Shown one piece after another: positions 30,850 to 44,121 of a stretch of DNA of 64,000 nucleotides (its first letter is position 1; the number at the start of each line of letters is the position of its first letter). Location: assembly GCA_964016885.1 (NCBI GenBank), contig OZ024741.1, forward strand, positions 179,800,001-179,864,000, read 5' to 3'. This DNA comes from Eledone cirrhosa (taxonomy: Eukaryota). The notes beneath the pieces were generated by a model that saw only the letters and a list, made by a program, of their open reading frames with translations, was not told the DNA's origin and searched no databases. Position numbers and translations under genes: made by a program.

Positions 30850-31011
30850 CACTCTCTCTTTCCCGCTCTCCTGTCCCCCATCTCTCTTTCTCCCTCTCTT
30901 TCTTTCTCCCTCTCTTTCTCTTCTCTCTCTCCCATCTCTCTCCTCTCTCACTCTCTCTCTTCCCCCTCCCCATCTCTCCCGCTCTCTCTTCCTCTCTCTC
31001 TCTCTCTCTAT
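29995..31011. repeat. (GATA)n tract (29995-30268) and long (CT)n polypyrimidine tract (30573-31011)
   Basis: Direct inspection. Confidence 0.93.
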
Positions 31012-31308
31012 CTAACTATTCCCCCTCGCCCTCTATCACTTCCCCCTCCCTATCTCTTATTCCATTCCCCTGCCTATATGACTAAGAACAATATAAAACA
31101 ATTCTAATTAAGCCAGACAAAGTAAACCTTGAATATATTCATTCCTATTCTGTTTTCCGCTCCATCGGCGACCTATTTCACCATTAAAATGGTAACGAGC
31201 TGTTTAACACAAAGTCTTTAAATGGATATACCCCGAAGAAGTGGCAACTAACTGAAATATAAATACACAGATACATTCATACATATATATATATATACAC
31301 ACATACAC

Positions 31309-31374
<66 letters not shown>

Positions 31375-31459
31375 GCACACACATATAAATATATACATAT
31401 ACATATATACATATATACATATATACATACATAAATAGATATATGCATGCATACAGACA

Positions 31460-31524
<65 letters not shown>

Positions 31525-32377
31525 TATATATATGTATACATATATATACATACATGCATACATATACATTAACACTGGGAAACTAATATACAAACTTTTA
31601 TTTTTTTATATTTATACATTTTTTTGTTAATGGAACAGTGAGTGGGGACGGGGAATATATATTTTCTTCTTCTACAGTATGAATTCCACAGACGATTAGT
31701 AATATTGCTTACTGGTAAAATATATTATTGGACACCTTTAGATGATTCTTTTTTAAATTTTAGAATTCCGCAAAGTAAATTTGATATGGAAGATTTGTCA
31801 TTGGCATTTTTGAAATCTAAGAAGCTTCCATCATAATTTTGTGGAACAATCTTTGTTAAGTTATGTTCCAAGCACAAAACTAATAATAACAAAATTATAC
31901 TAAAGATATTCTAAATCTCTCCAAATACTTGATTATTTTCAAATTTATTCGAAAATTAAAGTTAGTCTTTCATTAGAAATCTGGTAAGGAAATTGTTAAC
32001 GTGAATATATATTTATCTAAAAACCTTCCACCATAATTTCATGTAAGAATCTATATGTTCCAAACACCAGACACGTATTAACAAAATTGGTTATATTACC
32101 AGATCCATTAGAAATATGGTAAAGAAAGTGTTAAAGTAAAGAATTTACGCCAATATATCTAACAAATCATGGAACTGATAATAAGAAATGGAAATGGAAA
32201 TTAGATAAAATGCAGCCACTACTACCTTCACCAAACATTTTAATCAATTCATGACAGCTCACAATAAATTCATAAAATGTTAAATTATAACTTAGAATCT
32301 AAATTATTTTGTGAGTAGCGTCGAACTATATTACAATTATTTAGCTAAAGATGAATAGCAGCAGAAAATATTACAAA

Positions 32378-32414
<37 letters not shown>

Positions 32415-32467
32415 CACACACACACGCATACACACATACACACTCAATCATACACTTATATATAGTA

Positions 32468-32700
32468 AATGCATGTGGTCTAGTCGTTAGCGTGTTCGGA
32501 TATATTATCATAAGATATGGGTTCAATTTCAGGCTTGAGCACGACACTTCGTTTAATGCAAGTTCAGTCAATTCAACTGCAAAGAAAGAAAATAGCGAGT
32601 ACCAGCATCTGGTGTGGTTAACTCGTTCAACGGATTGGAGATTGGGTCCAGATAGAAATATTTCCGTGAGAGGATTGAGGTCACTTGTCATTAAAACAAC
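32468..32700 (+). mobile_element. Degenerate CORE-like SINE
   Basis: TGGTCTAGTCGTTAGCGTGTTCGG A-box, GGTTCAATT B-box, TTGAGCACGACACTTC core. Confidence 0.55.
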
Positions 32701-32716
32701 GAAAAGCCTTTGAGAT

Positions 32717-32875
<159 letters not shown>

Positions 32876-32950
32876 TACATACATACACACAAATACACCA
32901 CTTACACACAGATATATATATATATATATATAATATATAATATATATATA

Positions 32951-33019
32951 CAAAGGGTGTCCCCCAAAATATATATACAAATGGTGTTGAAATGTGTATA
33001 CATTTTTTGGGACACCCTG
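32951..33019. mobile_element. Tc1-like mini-MITE in (TA)n
   Basis: AGGGTGTCCCCCAAAA ... TTTTGGGACACCCTG|TA. Confidence 0.7.
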
Positions 33020-33119
33020 TATATACATATACATACATACATATATATATATAAAGAGAGAGAGAGAGAGAGAGGGGAGAAAGCGAGAGAGATATAGATA
33101 GGTAGGTGGAGAGAGAGTC

Positions 33120-33180
<61 letters not shown>

Positions 33181-33199
33181 AAAAGAGACTGTCAATTTC

Positions 33200-33418
33200 G
33201 TAAAATCGTCGTTATTGAATTGAGCTGGACAGACCATAGGGACGAGTGACAACTGAGGGACGAAAAGCTGACAGACTCCATCCCGAGAGACCACCAAATA
33301 AATAGAACGCAACGAAACAAGATGGCGGGTGAATTGAACAGATTCGACAAAAATTGAAAATCGGCCTCTCAAAGCCGAACATTATGGAAAAACAATGGCC
33401 GATTTGATAAGACGAATG
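33200..33418 (+). mobile_element. Degraded RTE-like LINE 3' end with (TATG)n tail
   Basis: Manual translation LN*AGQT...DN*GTK...RWR resembles the RTE C-terminal WAGH...DNRWTK...RW motif. Confidence 0.5.
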
Positions 33419-33513
33419 TATGTATGTATGTATGTATGTATGTATGTATGTATGTATGTATGTATGTATGTATGTATGTATGTATGTATGTGTAGTTACG
33501 TGTGGGTGTATAA

Positions 33514-33556
<43 letters not shown>

Positions 33557-33679
33557 TGAATGTATGTATGAACGTATCTATGAATATATATATATGTACA
33601 CATATAGGCTTGTATGAATGAATGTACGCATGTATGTATGAGTGTGCATGTATGTATGCATCTCTCCCCCCTCTCTCTC

Positions 33680-33725
<46 letters not shown>

Positions 33726-33758
33726 TGTGTGTGTATGTGTGTGTCTGGTGTGTGTGTG

Positions 33759-33801
<43 letters not shown>

Positions 33802-34192
33802 GTGTAAACAAGTTTACAAAGTAGAGAGATTCTACTTTCATATAAAATTACAAGACGATCCAAAGCTCAATATGTTATTACAATCAACAATCATGTAGAG
33901 CAAAAATCCAAGGTATTATCCATAGGGTATGTTCTAGAATTGCACTTATGTAACATCACAGTGCACATATACTAAATAATAAAGCAGTGCTATAGGTGGA
34001 ATTAAGACATTTTACAACACCAAATTAGTAACTTCAGTAATGTCTTATTCTAATGCGCACACACACAAACATATACACACACTTACATACATACATACAT
34101 ACATACATACACACACACACTCGCCCCCCCCCACACACACACCACACACACACACATATATATATACACACTTATATATATATATATATATA

Positions 34193-34262
34193 CAGGGTGT
34201 CGCCAACAGCATTCTAATAAATATTGCCTCTCAAAGTATGTATAGACTTTTTTGGGACGCCT
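34193..34262. mobile_element. Tc1-like mini-MITE
   Basis: TA|CAGGGTGTC ... TTTTGGGACGCC; interior is the reverse complement of 28411-28498. Confidence 0.6.
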
Positions 34263-34266
34263 TCTT

Positions 34267-34305
<39 letters not shown>

Positions 34306-34563
34306 GTGTGTGCGTGTGTGTATGTCTGTGTGTGTGTGCGTGTGTACCATATCTAAGTGTGTATTTTCCTCCGAGCCTCCGTGTGTCTGTGTGTACGTAT
34401 CTATAGCTCACTATAATGATAATTGCGAAGGTCAGATGTAAAAATCCATAATTCATTTTATCTAAAATCTACCGCATTAGATATTTCTTTGGCGTTCATG
34501 ATTACGCAAAGCAGTCACCGACACGACTTCGTCGAACACTATCTGAGCTAAGGTTGTTATGTA

Positions 34564-34592
<29 letters not shown>

Positions 34593-34594
<2 letters not shown>

Positions 34595-34739
34595 GAAGTA
34601 GTTTCACAACAGTTACTTCACTATTACCGAGAACAATTGTTTCACCTTATTCGGATCATCAGCTCATTTTAAACCGAGCTGATGATCCGAAGCAATTGTT
34701 CCCGGTAATGGTGAACTAACTGTTATAGAACTACTTCTA
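34593..34739. mobile_element. Foldback of two divergently oriented hammerhead-bearing pLTR fragments
   Basis: Arms tagaagtagtt...atcatcagctc / gagctgatgat...aactacttcta. Confidence 0.75.
34629..34665 (-). ncRNA. Minimal hammerhead ribozyme
   Basis: gag-CTGATGA-tccgaataaggt-GAAA-caattg-TT-ctc. The plus-strand twin (34673-34706) has lost the stem II/GAAA segment. Confidence 0.7.
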
Positions 34740-34800
34740 CCAAACTCGTCCCATGGACTGAGTGCTCCACTACTACGGATATAACCCACCAGTGTTCTAC

Positions 34801-34838
<38 letters not shown>

Positions 34839-34849
34839 CGTGTGAGTGT

Positions 34850-34895
<46 letters not shown>

Positions 34896-35052
34896 GTGTG
34901 TGTGTGTGTGTATGCGTTTCTGTATGTGCATAGAACAATGAAAAAAAAAGACAGAAGTCAGACGTAGGTAGTTATTTCATTGCTTTACGATCGTTTGAGA
35001 GCGTCGATTGATTGTTGGAGATCTACGTATCGACTAATGGTTAAGCTATTAC

Positions 35053-35103
35053 CTATTTCTAGTTTCAGAATCCGTGTTCAATCGGCCGTCCTCCTCAGAA
35101 ACA

Positions 35104-35104
<1 letters not shown>
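35053..35104 (-). ncRNA. Degenerate hammerhead-like motif
   Basis: ctgttt-CTGAGGA-...-GAAA-ctag-aaatag; the UH cleavage dinucleotide appears deleted. Confidence 0.45.
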
Positions 35105-35140
<36 letters not shown>

Positions 35141-35157
35141 TAAATATATATATATAC

Positions 35158-35245
<88 letters not shown>

Positions 35246-35248
<3 letters not shown>

Positions 35249-35454
35249 ATTAGTATATTTACCAACATATGCGTACAGATGTACACTAATGCTAGCAAAT
35301 ACATAAGTTATGTCATAGTACCTAGGTGGTTCTATGCAGGGGGATGCAGAACAATTATATGAAAGACGTAAAATAAGAAAATTTTAAAAATTAAAAATTA
35401 AAATTTTAGTATGTAAGTTAATTTTTAATTTTTAAAATTTTCTTATTTTACGTC

Positions 35455-35460
<6 letters not shown>
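35246..35460. mobile_element. Family C repeat, second copy
   Basis: Collinear with 28533-28752; terminal hairpin; microsatellite flanks. Confidence 0.75.
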
Positions 35461-35525
<65 letters not shown>

Positions 35526-35526
<1 letters not shown>

Positions 35527-35909
35527 TAGAATTGGTGCTCTGAAATAGCGATATATATATGAATGTATTTATACTGTATTTTGCATTTCGAAGACCTTAC
35601 GCTATTGTTTTAGAGTAGTGACAGTCTCACTTACTTTAAATTTTCAGCAAACAGGGGAGATAAAGCTGACAGATCTCTGTTTCGTACTGATTGGTACTTA
35701 TCAAAGCCAAGTACTCCACCTGTTTGCTGAAAATCATGAATGTTTGATTCTTATAGAATTCTAGTAATAATCAGGAACTGATTATACAGAACGGTTGCCG
35801 GTCAAGCAGAAATTGAAAATTAGAATTGGTGCTCTGAATTGGTGTATTGCAAAATACACTATATATATACATTCATATATATATCGCTATTTCAGAGCAC
35901 CAATTCTAA
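35526..35909. mobile_element. (TA)n-embedded element with about 60-bp inverted ends
   Basis: Arms 35526-35585 / 35848-35909; internal hairpin ttttcagcaaacagg...cctgtttgctgaaaa enclosing a hammerhead-like motif. Confidence 0.65.
35664..35708 (-). ncRNA. Degenerate hammerhead ribozyme
   Basis: ggct-TTGATAA-gtac caatca gtac-GAAA-cagagatctg-TC-agct; all three stems pair, two core substitutions. Confidence 0.5.
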
Positions 35910-35915
35910 AACAGA

Positions 35916-36004
<89 letters not shown>

Positions 36005-36256
36005 TAAAATAACAGATTAATGTTTAAGCAAAGAATCGCTGCTTTCACCCTTAACGGGATCTTCTGAAACTAAAAACGTCAATCTGTGAACGCAGATGTA
36101 AATATTTCAAAAAAGTTGCAACCGGAGGAAGACAGGAAGACGATACTTTGGTTCGTGGAAACATTCCCTGGCAAAGAACGGAAAAAAACGAATATAATAC
36201 GTCATTATTTGGATCGCTGAAAACAATTACACGCAAAGACAAAACCACGTTTATGG

Positions 36257-36295
<39 letters not shown>

Positions 36296-36297
<2 letters not shown>

Positions 36298-36433
36298 TAA
36301 GTTATTCCGGGTTGAATCGGAGGTAACCACAGTAAGTAAGGTACTCAATACATAGCAGAGTATAGATGTTTTAATATAGATGAGATTCTACAGGACTAGA
36401 ACCGTTTCATTCTTTAGAAATCATCAGGTATCC
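36296..36433 (-). mobile_element. Mini PLE pLTR plus tail (family B), collinear copy
   Basis: Homologous to 17296-17408; (TA)n both sides. Confidence 0.7.
36384..36432 (-). ncRNA. Hammerhead ribozyme
   Basis: gatac-CTGATGA-tttctaaagaat-GAAA-cggttctagtcctg-TA-gaatc. Confidence 0.65.
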
Positions 36434-36555
36434 TATATATATATATATGCAAATATATATATATAGAGAGAGAGATATAGATAGATAGATAGATAGATAG
36501 ATAGGTAGGTAGATAGATAGATGGATAGATAGAAAAATAGGTAGGTAGATGGATA

Positions 36556-36602
<47 letters not shown>

Positions 36603-36861
36603 CTATATATATATATATATACATGCATATATATATTCATTTTAAGGTTAAATGGTGAGTCAAGTTACTCTGGAGTTTCGCCTTTTTCTTTTTATCACGG
36701 GCTTCCAGCGTAACTATTTAGCCTTAATAAAATCAACATTAAAACTCTACTTCGGTATATCCGAAAACCACACACGAGTATATATATAGATATATATGAA
36801 TGTATATATAGTGCATTTTGTAATACAGTGTATGCTTAATTAAAATTTAAACTTGATGACA

Positions 36862-37990
36862 GTGCGGATGTGTGTGACTTAGTAGGATTATTCCTTCTCC
36901 ACACCCTTAAAGAGAAATTTCCTTCCCATAATATCGGTTTATACCGTGATGACGGATTGGCAGTTTCTCATACCACCAACGGCCATAACCTTGATAAATT
37001 CCGTAAAGATTTAATCAATACTTTTGCTAATCTTAACCTTAAAATTACTATAGATACGAACCTCACCAATGCTAACTTTCTTGATATTAATCTTGACCTA
37101 CTTACTGCCACTTTTAAACCTTATCATAAACCTAACGAGAATCTAAGATATATACACAAAGAGTCTTGCCATCCCCCTATAGTTTTTAAAAATATTATTC
37201 CCAATATTAGCCGTAGGATTTCTACTTTATCTTTTTAATAAAGCTGCCCCTTATTATAATAAAGCCCTCAATAACAGCGGCTTTACAGAACAGATTACAT
37301 ATTTACCTACCCCTCCCCCTAAAACTAATCACAATAATAGGAAAAGGAAAATTATTTGGTTTACACCCCTATTCTCTCTAACTGTCAAAACTAATGTAGG
37401 AAGGAAATTCCTTGACCTCCTAGATAAGCATTTTCCCCCTAATCATAGATATTATAAGATATTTAATAGAAATGTAGTTAAAATTAGTTACTCTTGCTGC
37501 CCATCTATAAAGTCTAAAATCATCAACTCTAATCATACGAGAATAAATCCAGGATGCAGTTGCAGAAAGCCAGATGAATGCCCATTACAGGGCAAATGTA
37601 ACACCAAATCCGTTGTATATGAGGCCAAAGTAACACCTTTGATTAACAACCAGCCAGCCAGGAGTGGACGATATGTTGGTATGACTCAAGACAGGTTCAA
37701 AACCAGGTTTTATGGACATGTCGCTTCTTTTAAACACTCCGATAAAAGAACAGCAACGGCCCTCGCTAATAAGCTGTGGGAATTCAAAGATAATAACATC
37801 CCGTACTCTATCGATTGGTTTATTTTAGACCATTCGAGGGAATACCAAAGGGGCACAAAAAGTTGTTCTTTGTATACGACTGAAAAATTTAGAATTCTAC
37901 ATATTTGAAAGCCACTTCAACTTGCCTTAACTCCAAGACCGAGATCTTCAGACGTTGTCCTCAACTGAAATCACATCTGCTCTGTAACTG
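36862..37990 (+). pseudogene. 5'-truncated PLE: RT C-half plus GIY-YIG endonuclease (Hydra-clade-like)
   Basis: CDLVGLFLL...GLYRDDGL...FLDINLDL...PYHKPN; KRKIIWFTPPYS; CSCRKPDECPL (CxCx5C); VVYEAKV...YVGMTQDRFKTRFYGH. Frameshift near 37235 and a stop near 37908. Confidence 0.88.
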
Positions 37991-38415
37991 AATTGACATT
38001 CCTACGATAACTCAACCACCTTGAACTTCTTCTTTGCTACGATGACTTAACCACCTTGAACTTCTTCTTTGCTCTTTACGCCTTACTCTACTACGACCTT
38101 TATTACTCTCCGAACTCACTTTCTGTAACCTTATTTTCTCTTTCTCCCTTATCTCCTCTTATCTTTTAACTTTTTATTTTCCTTATTCCCACCTACTCTC
38201 TACCTTACCCTTTACATACCCACCGCCTTTTGATTTTTAGGTATTAATTTTACGTGTATGTATGTTGTCGTGTATATGTGTATATATATATATATGTGTG
38301 TGTATGTGTTTATATGTGTGCGTGTGTGTATTTATTTATGTGGTGTTGTAACCCTTTGTACTTATGTGTGTGTGTATATTAGTGTGTGTGTATATATATA
38401 TACATATATGTATGT

Positions 38416-38453
<38 letters not shown>

Positions 38454-38675
38454 GTATATATATTTGTATGTAGTTGGTTGTCAGTGTGTGTGTGTGTGTA
38501 TGTATGGTTTTGTATGTAAATTTTTAATGCTTACTTTTATTGACTATTTGCTCCAGGAACTGTTGAGTGCTCTTAATCAGCGATAAACATTTATACCTTT
38601 ATATTTTTTATTTGTCGTATGCCCTACTATTTGAATACCCCTTCCTTCCCTTTATTTTTATTTTGTGTGTGTATG

Positions 38676-38722
<47 letters not shown>

Positions 38723-38815
38723 GTATATATGTGTATATGTATATATATGTATGTATATATATATATATGTATATATATATGTATACATAAAATTGAAAAT
38801 AAATTTTTATGTATT

Positions 38816-38881
<66 letters not shown>

Positions 38882-38926
38882 AAATAACAGGAGGCTGGAC
38901 TGGTGTAAATCCTTGAAAGGTTTATT

Positions 38927-38984
38927 ATACTATGATCATTTCAATGACTGGGTTCCATATGAATCCGGTGATATCATCAGGTAT
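38927..38984 (-). ncRNA. Minimal hammerhead ribozyme
   Basis: atac-CTGATGA-...-GAAA-tgatca-TA-gtat. Confidence 0.75.
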
Positions 38985-40078
38985 TGGAATATAACAAAGG
39001 AATATGTAAAAAACCGTTAGTCCGAAAAATCAGAGACAGAGACAAAGAGGACGACTGACCAACTAGCTGCTCGGCCAATCGCCCTCAAAGTGGTGGCAAC
39101 TGAATCTACTAATGACTTGTGTGGTGGCTTTTCCCGGCTGCGCGCTGGGCACTCGGAAAGTTCAGCCTTCCTTGAGTGCTCGGAAAAATAAATTTCTCCT
39201 CTTTCGGTAAACGAAATTACTCGGAGCGGCTGCTTTGCCCCAGTCCCACCGCGCCGCCTGTTTTGGCCGCCATATTATACTTATACCTATAAACTCCAGG
39301 TTTAGGCATAACTGTTAGCTGTATCATACCTCTACTGGCACGTAAATAAACCCCTCATGTGTGATTTAATAGTATTCGTTTGGTATAGACGATGGCCTGT
39401 CGAAATTGTGGAGTTCCCGCTAGCGCCACCCCAGCCTAAGGTAGCTACGTTCCTAGAGTACTCGGAAAAATTAATTTTCCATTTCTTTCGCTGGACGATA
39501 CCACGCGAGACTGGCTGACTCATGATGGGAGGGGGGTGCTGGCTGGGACTCCCAATCGAAATCTTTACTCTAATATCCTAATATCTTATCGAAATAAATT
39601 TTTTCATATAAAACTCTCTCCGTAAGTTCATTAAATAAATAAATCTCGCTACCTTAATCTTTAATTCTCTAATAACTTATTTTTCAATTTATCATTTTGC
39701 AATTTAATATTTTTAATTTAATTTAATTTCATCCTATAACTCGCAACATAAGTTTAATGTTCCAATCTTCGGTTCACACATTAGACCATACAGACACCCA
39801 TTATAGATTCTTTAGAGTAGCATTTTTTCGCAGCATTTTCTAGCATGAATGTAGTATGACCCTTACACTGACTTCTTTCTCCCTTTCTTTCTTCCCCATT
39901 TTCTTTGACGGTAGTGCATTATAAGCCTTCGCCCCCTCACCAGATATTCATTAGTAGATTCGGTTGCCACCACTTTGAGGGCGACTGGCCGAGCAGCTAG
40001 TTGGTCAGTCGTCCTCTTTGTCTCTGTCTCTGATTTTTCGGACCCATGGTTTTTTACATATTCCTTTGTTATATTCCA

Positions 40079-40135
40079 ATACCTGATGATATCACCGGAT
40101 TCATATGGAACCCGTCATTGAAATGATCATAGTAT
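40079..40135 (+). ncRNA. Minimal hammerhead ribozyme
   Basis: atac-CTGATGA (40083)-stem II-GAAA (40120)-tgatca-TA-gtat, then AATAAA (40136). Confidence 0.75.
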
Positions 40136-40334
40136 AATAAACCTTTCAAGGATTTACACCAGTCCAGCCTCCTGTTATTTTATTTTATTTATAATTAACT
40201 CCGTATTCGAACCACCAACTACACAAACGAAGATGGGTGAACTGCACTGCGTTGAGTACTCTTCATAATATTACACCAGAATTGACCATACGGAATGACC
40301 AGTTCTATCCAGTGGTGAACCAACAAACCTAAAG

Positions 40335-40428
<94 letters not shown>

Positions 40429-40459
40429 GTATATATATGTGTGTGTATATGTGTGTATG

Positions 40460-40493
<34 letters not shown>

Positions 40494-40793
40494 TGTATGT
40501 ATGTATGTATGTATGTATATAATTATGTATATGTGTGCGTGTATGTGTATATATATATATATATATATACATGTGTGTGTGTGTATGTACAAATGTGTTT
40601 ATATATATATATATATATATAAAATATTAAACAAATAATGAATAAACAATTCCTTATATTAAACAAAAAAAGTTCATTATTTAACGATCGTTTCTAGGAT
40701 ATATATGTGTTAGAGTTGGCATGCATATTCAACAGATCTATGTACAAAATTATACAAAATTATACAAACTATCAAGATTAAATATACATACCA

Positions 40794-40844
<51 letters not shown>

Positions 40845-40885
40845 TTCAAAATATTAACAAAAATAGACATTCGTGTGATCAAGTA

Positions 40886-40952
40886 TATTTTATTATACAT
40901 ATTTCAGAGGTACTGATCTATCTTCAACAGTACGTCCTCTTCAGATAAAATA
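40886..40952 (-). ncRNA. Minimal hammerhead ribozyme
   Basis: tattttat-CTGAAGA-ggac gtactg...cagtac ctct-GAAA-tatatg-TA-ataaaata (8-bp stem I). Confidence 0.75.
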
Positions 40953-42119
40953 AGATGATGCATGACATACCCTGACATAGTAGATGGTTAAGATTCAGTC
41001 ATGGTAGTGAATATGATATGACAAGACTCAATATTTATATACCTTAAGATTGAGACATGAAAAAATTTACATATAATACAGAGGGTGCGTGTGAGAAAGC
41101 TTAAAAATACATAATAGCAATTTACATAACTGTTAGAGATTCAAATAATTTAAATTATTGAAGAAAGAAGAAAGAAAGAAGAAAGACAGAGAGAAGCAGA
41201 TGAGGAAAAATATAGTTACTAGAAGTATAGAAAGCAAAAGAGAATTGATCAAGTTTAAAGAGACAAAGGGGAATAATTTTTATAGTATGAAGCATAGATA
41301 AATACATGAATATACATTTGGGCATAGCTTTGTGAAAGAGTAAACTCGAATCTTCGAATTATCTAGAAGTATCCATCTATCTAAATATTAAATATATCTG
41401 GGTGTAATTATATGAGGGTTTAATTTCGAGTCCTCAATTAATAAGAAATATACTAACAATTAGTTATATACACTATATATATCCAAACTTATTCGGCTGA
41501 CCGTTAAATTTCGAATTCCTTATGTTAGTTCAGAATAATGGATTAATCTAAAGGTATAATATTTCAGGCTATAAAAGTTTATAAATGTCTATATTAATAT
41601 TAAAGTATACTAACATATTTAATTTATAAAATCATATATAAAGTATTTTCAAACATGAGAAAGAAACTTAGTATTTTCATCCACACGAAGGTAAACCATA
41701 TTAAATTATATTATCTTATATTATTTTCCCATACTAAAATAATTCTCACTATATAATTTAGAAAATAATTACAGTTATAACTTTAAAAATTTTAAATTAA
41801 CAATTAGAATGCCCTAAAGCATCTAAAGGTCTTATAATTAAACTTTAAAAAGTTATTATTAAATTTGATATATGCATTTGTCTAAATATATACAAAGAGT
41901 ATATTGTCTAAAGTTCAAGACGATATTAGTCAGTTATACATAACATAATATAATACAATATAATAAATAAGTTACTGTTAATATTATTACAATTAAGGTT
42001 TTAGATCAATTATTGTATCTTAGGATCATGTAATACATATATACTATAACAATTTCATGATATGGTTGAGTGCTTCCAATCTCATTCTTTGATTTATTCA
42101 TTGAACCTTGTTTAACCTT

Positions 42120-42167
<48 letters not shown>

Positions 42168-42171
<4 letters not shown>

Positions 42172-42358
42172 AACCAGTAAGACCCCGACAGCTGAGCTCA
42201 AGCCGTTTCGACGGCTAATTCGACTGAATTAGCCGTCGAAACGGCTTGAGCTCAGCTGTCGGGGTCTTACTGGTTCCTATTACCCACTCTACTACCTCAA
42301 GTATTGAGTACTTTGGTGCGTTATGGTCCACCTGGTTCCTTACCACATCTCATTCGTT
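42168..42358 (+). mobile_element. Family A mini PLE: perfect 54-bp hairpin plus tail, in (TA)n
   Basis: 42168-42221 and 42226-42279 are exact reverse complements with loop GACT; the arm is identical to 47544-47597. Confidence 0.85.
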
Positions 42359-42582
42359 ATATATATATATATATATTTCGTTTCTGAATTTGTTTAGCAA
42401 GATTCTTTATCTGAAATCGTGTGTTGAAACCGATATTGTTATACTTTGGGAGGGTCATGTTGCCAATAAGAAACACACGCACCAGTTGCTTTCACTTCAA
42501 TTTATTATATATTTATAAATTTACAAATTTATAAATTTCTGGTTGGTTGGTTGGTTCCAAAACCAGATAGTTGTTTATATAT

Positions 42583-42627
42583 AGTCATAGTTCTTTCGTC
42601 ACACACTCTGTGACCTCTTCAGTGACT
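42583..42627 (-). ncRNA. Minimal hammerhead ribozyme in PLE pLTR
   Basis: agtca-CTGAAGA-g gtcaca gagtg tgtgac-GAAA-gaac-TA-tgact. Confidence 0.75.
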
Positions 42628-42905
42628 GGGGATTCCTTTCTTTGTTTCTGTGCCTCTCCTTTGTTCTGTCCTACGCCATTTTGTTTCTGTGTGTGTGTTG
42701 TGTGCTCAGTCTGCGCATGCGCCACATCCGGGTGTCTGTGTGTGTTTATGTTCCTTTATCTATTTGTTTATTTACATGTTACTGGTTGGTTGTTTGTTCT
42801 ATGTGTGTGTGTGTTTTCATTTTGTCCTTAATTGTAAGTTGTGATGTTGCTGTTCCACTCATGTTTTCTATTTAATTTTGGTTGTAATTCTTTTATGTTT
42901 ATTGC

Positions 42906-44121
42906 CTATGTAATTTGTCTAAACATTGCGTCTTTTCTGTGTGTAGATTCTATTTTTATTTCTATGTTCTCTAATTTACTATTGTGTTCTATCTTAGCAT
43001 GTTGGTAGAGTACAGCTGATTCTTTATTATCTTGAAGGTCTCGCCAGTGTTCATTTATCCGTTCCCCTACACTACGAGCTGTCTCACCTATGTACACTAT
43101 ATTTTTGTCTCTACATTGTCCTTCAGTACATCTTATGCTATACACTACATTTCTAGTTTTACAGTTAATATGGGGGCTTATTTTACAGGTTACACATTTC
43201 TTATCTATACATGAGGGTCTTTGAAAAGGGTATGTCCTGCTAATAAGTGTTTTTACGGAGGTACCTGGTCTTTCTACTATCTTAATATTGAGTTTATGTT
43301 TATTTAGGGCCCTTCTAAATTTGTAAGCTAGTTCACCTCTAGGGGTTGTATCGATGAACATTACACTCTGGTATTTATTGCTATCATACCATGAGTTTAT
43401 TCTATTAGCCTTGTTCCTAGTTCTTTCTATTCTATTCCAAAATTTGCTCCTATACAAGGGGCAGGTCCCATTTATGTCATTATTTACCATTTTTTCCCAT
43501 TTGGTTCTGGCTCCTCTATACACTCTGATTCTATCTCTCTGATTGTAGCCAGAGAACTGAATACGGTGGATGAAGTGTTGTATGTGTCTCTCTAGTTCTT
43601 CGGGGTTGCACATGCGGGACACATTTCTCATCACCCGTACCAATCCGCAATCAGTATGTTGATTTTGGTATGGTCCGAAATGGCCGAGTTTCGGTGGATC
43701 AGATGTTTGGAAGTCATGGGTTTGGCATAATGGGAATGGAGGATTTGTTTTTTGTTGTTAATGGTATCTAACCAGAGCTCTGTGTCTAGTACAGGTAATC
43801 GATGGTTGGGGTGTTTACTTGGGTAGTCTATAGTAACTCTAATGCTCTGGTGGATGGAGTTTGCTATTTGCTGGATGCTTTCCATTGTGTTTTTCTCTAG
43901 TTCCTGACTGTTCTCTAGTGGGGGTGTCTTAACTATGATGTTTATATCATCTTCGTAGCGGGAGTACATTATCAGGGTTAAGGGGTCTTCTAATTGTTCT
44001 TTAAGTTTAAGTTTAAGTCTACTGTCCCACCATACCATGAATAAGTTAGCTATGTCGCCTGCAATGCTAACACCAATGGCTGCTCCTTCCTCTTGGGCAT
44101 ATGTTTTTCTATTAAATTTGA
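42906..44121 (-). pseudogene. PLE RT (partial) plus GIY-YIG endonuclease
   Basis: FKFNRKTYAQEEGAAIG...ANLFM...YSRYEDDI...LPVLD; CIDKKCVTC...NVVYSIRC...C...YIGETARSVGERINEH...LYQH. One frameshift near 43640. Confidence 0.88.

Larger units (their letters stand above)
38878..40338 (+). mobile_element. Non-autonomous PLE-type element with about 237-bp inverted pLTRs (38878-39115 / 39948-40184) and a 3' tail, in (TA)n
   Basis: Near-perfect inverted repeat; each arm carries a hammerhead followed by AATAAA. Confidence 0.85.

Noticed and set aside
36660-36735. Hammerhead-like motif on the minus strand (GAAActccagagTA)
   Set aside because: No CUGANGA box in register.
37998-38073. 35-bp direct duplication after the PLE ORF
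   Set aside because: Simple local slippage duplication.
40675-40700. Half hammerhead GAAAcgatcgTT (minus), similar at about 34985
   Set aside because: 5' core missing; at most a truncated pLTR relic.
41300-42060. Degraded PLE coding sequence on the minus strand (also 46280-46450)
   Set aside because: Only isolated motifs (IWFT, NLVYMC) with many stops; needs a translated search.
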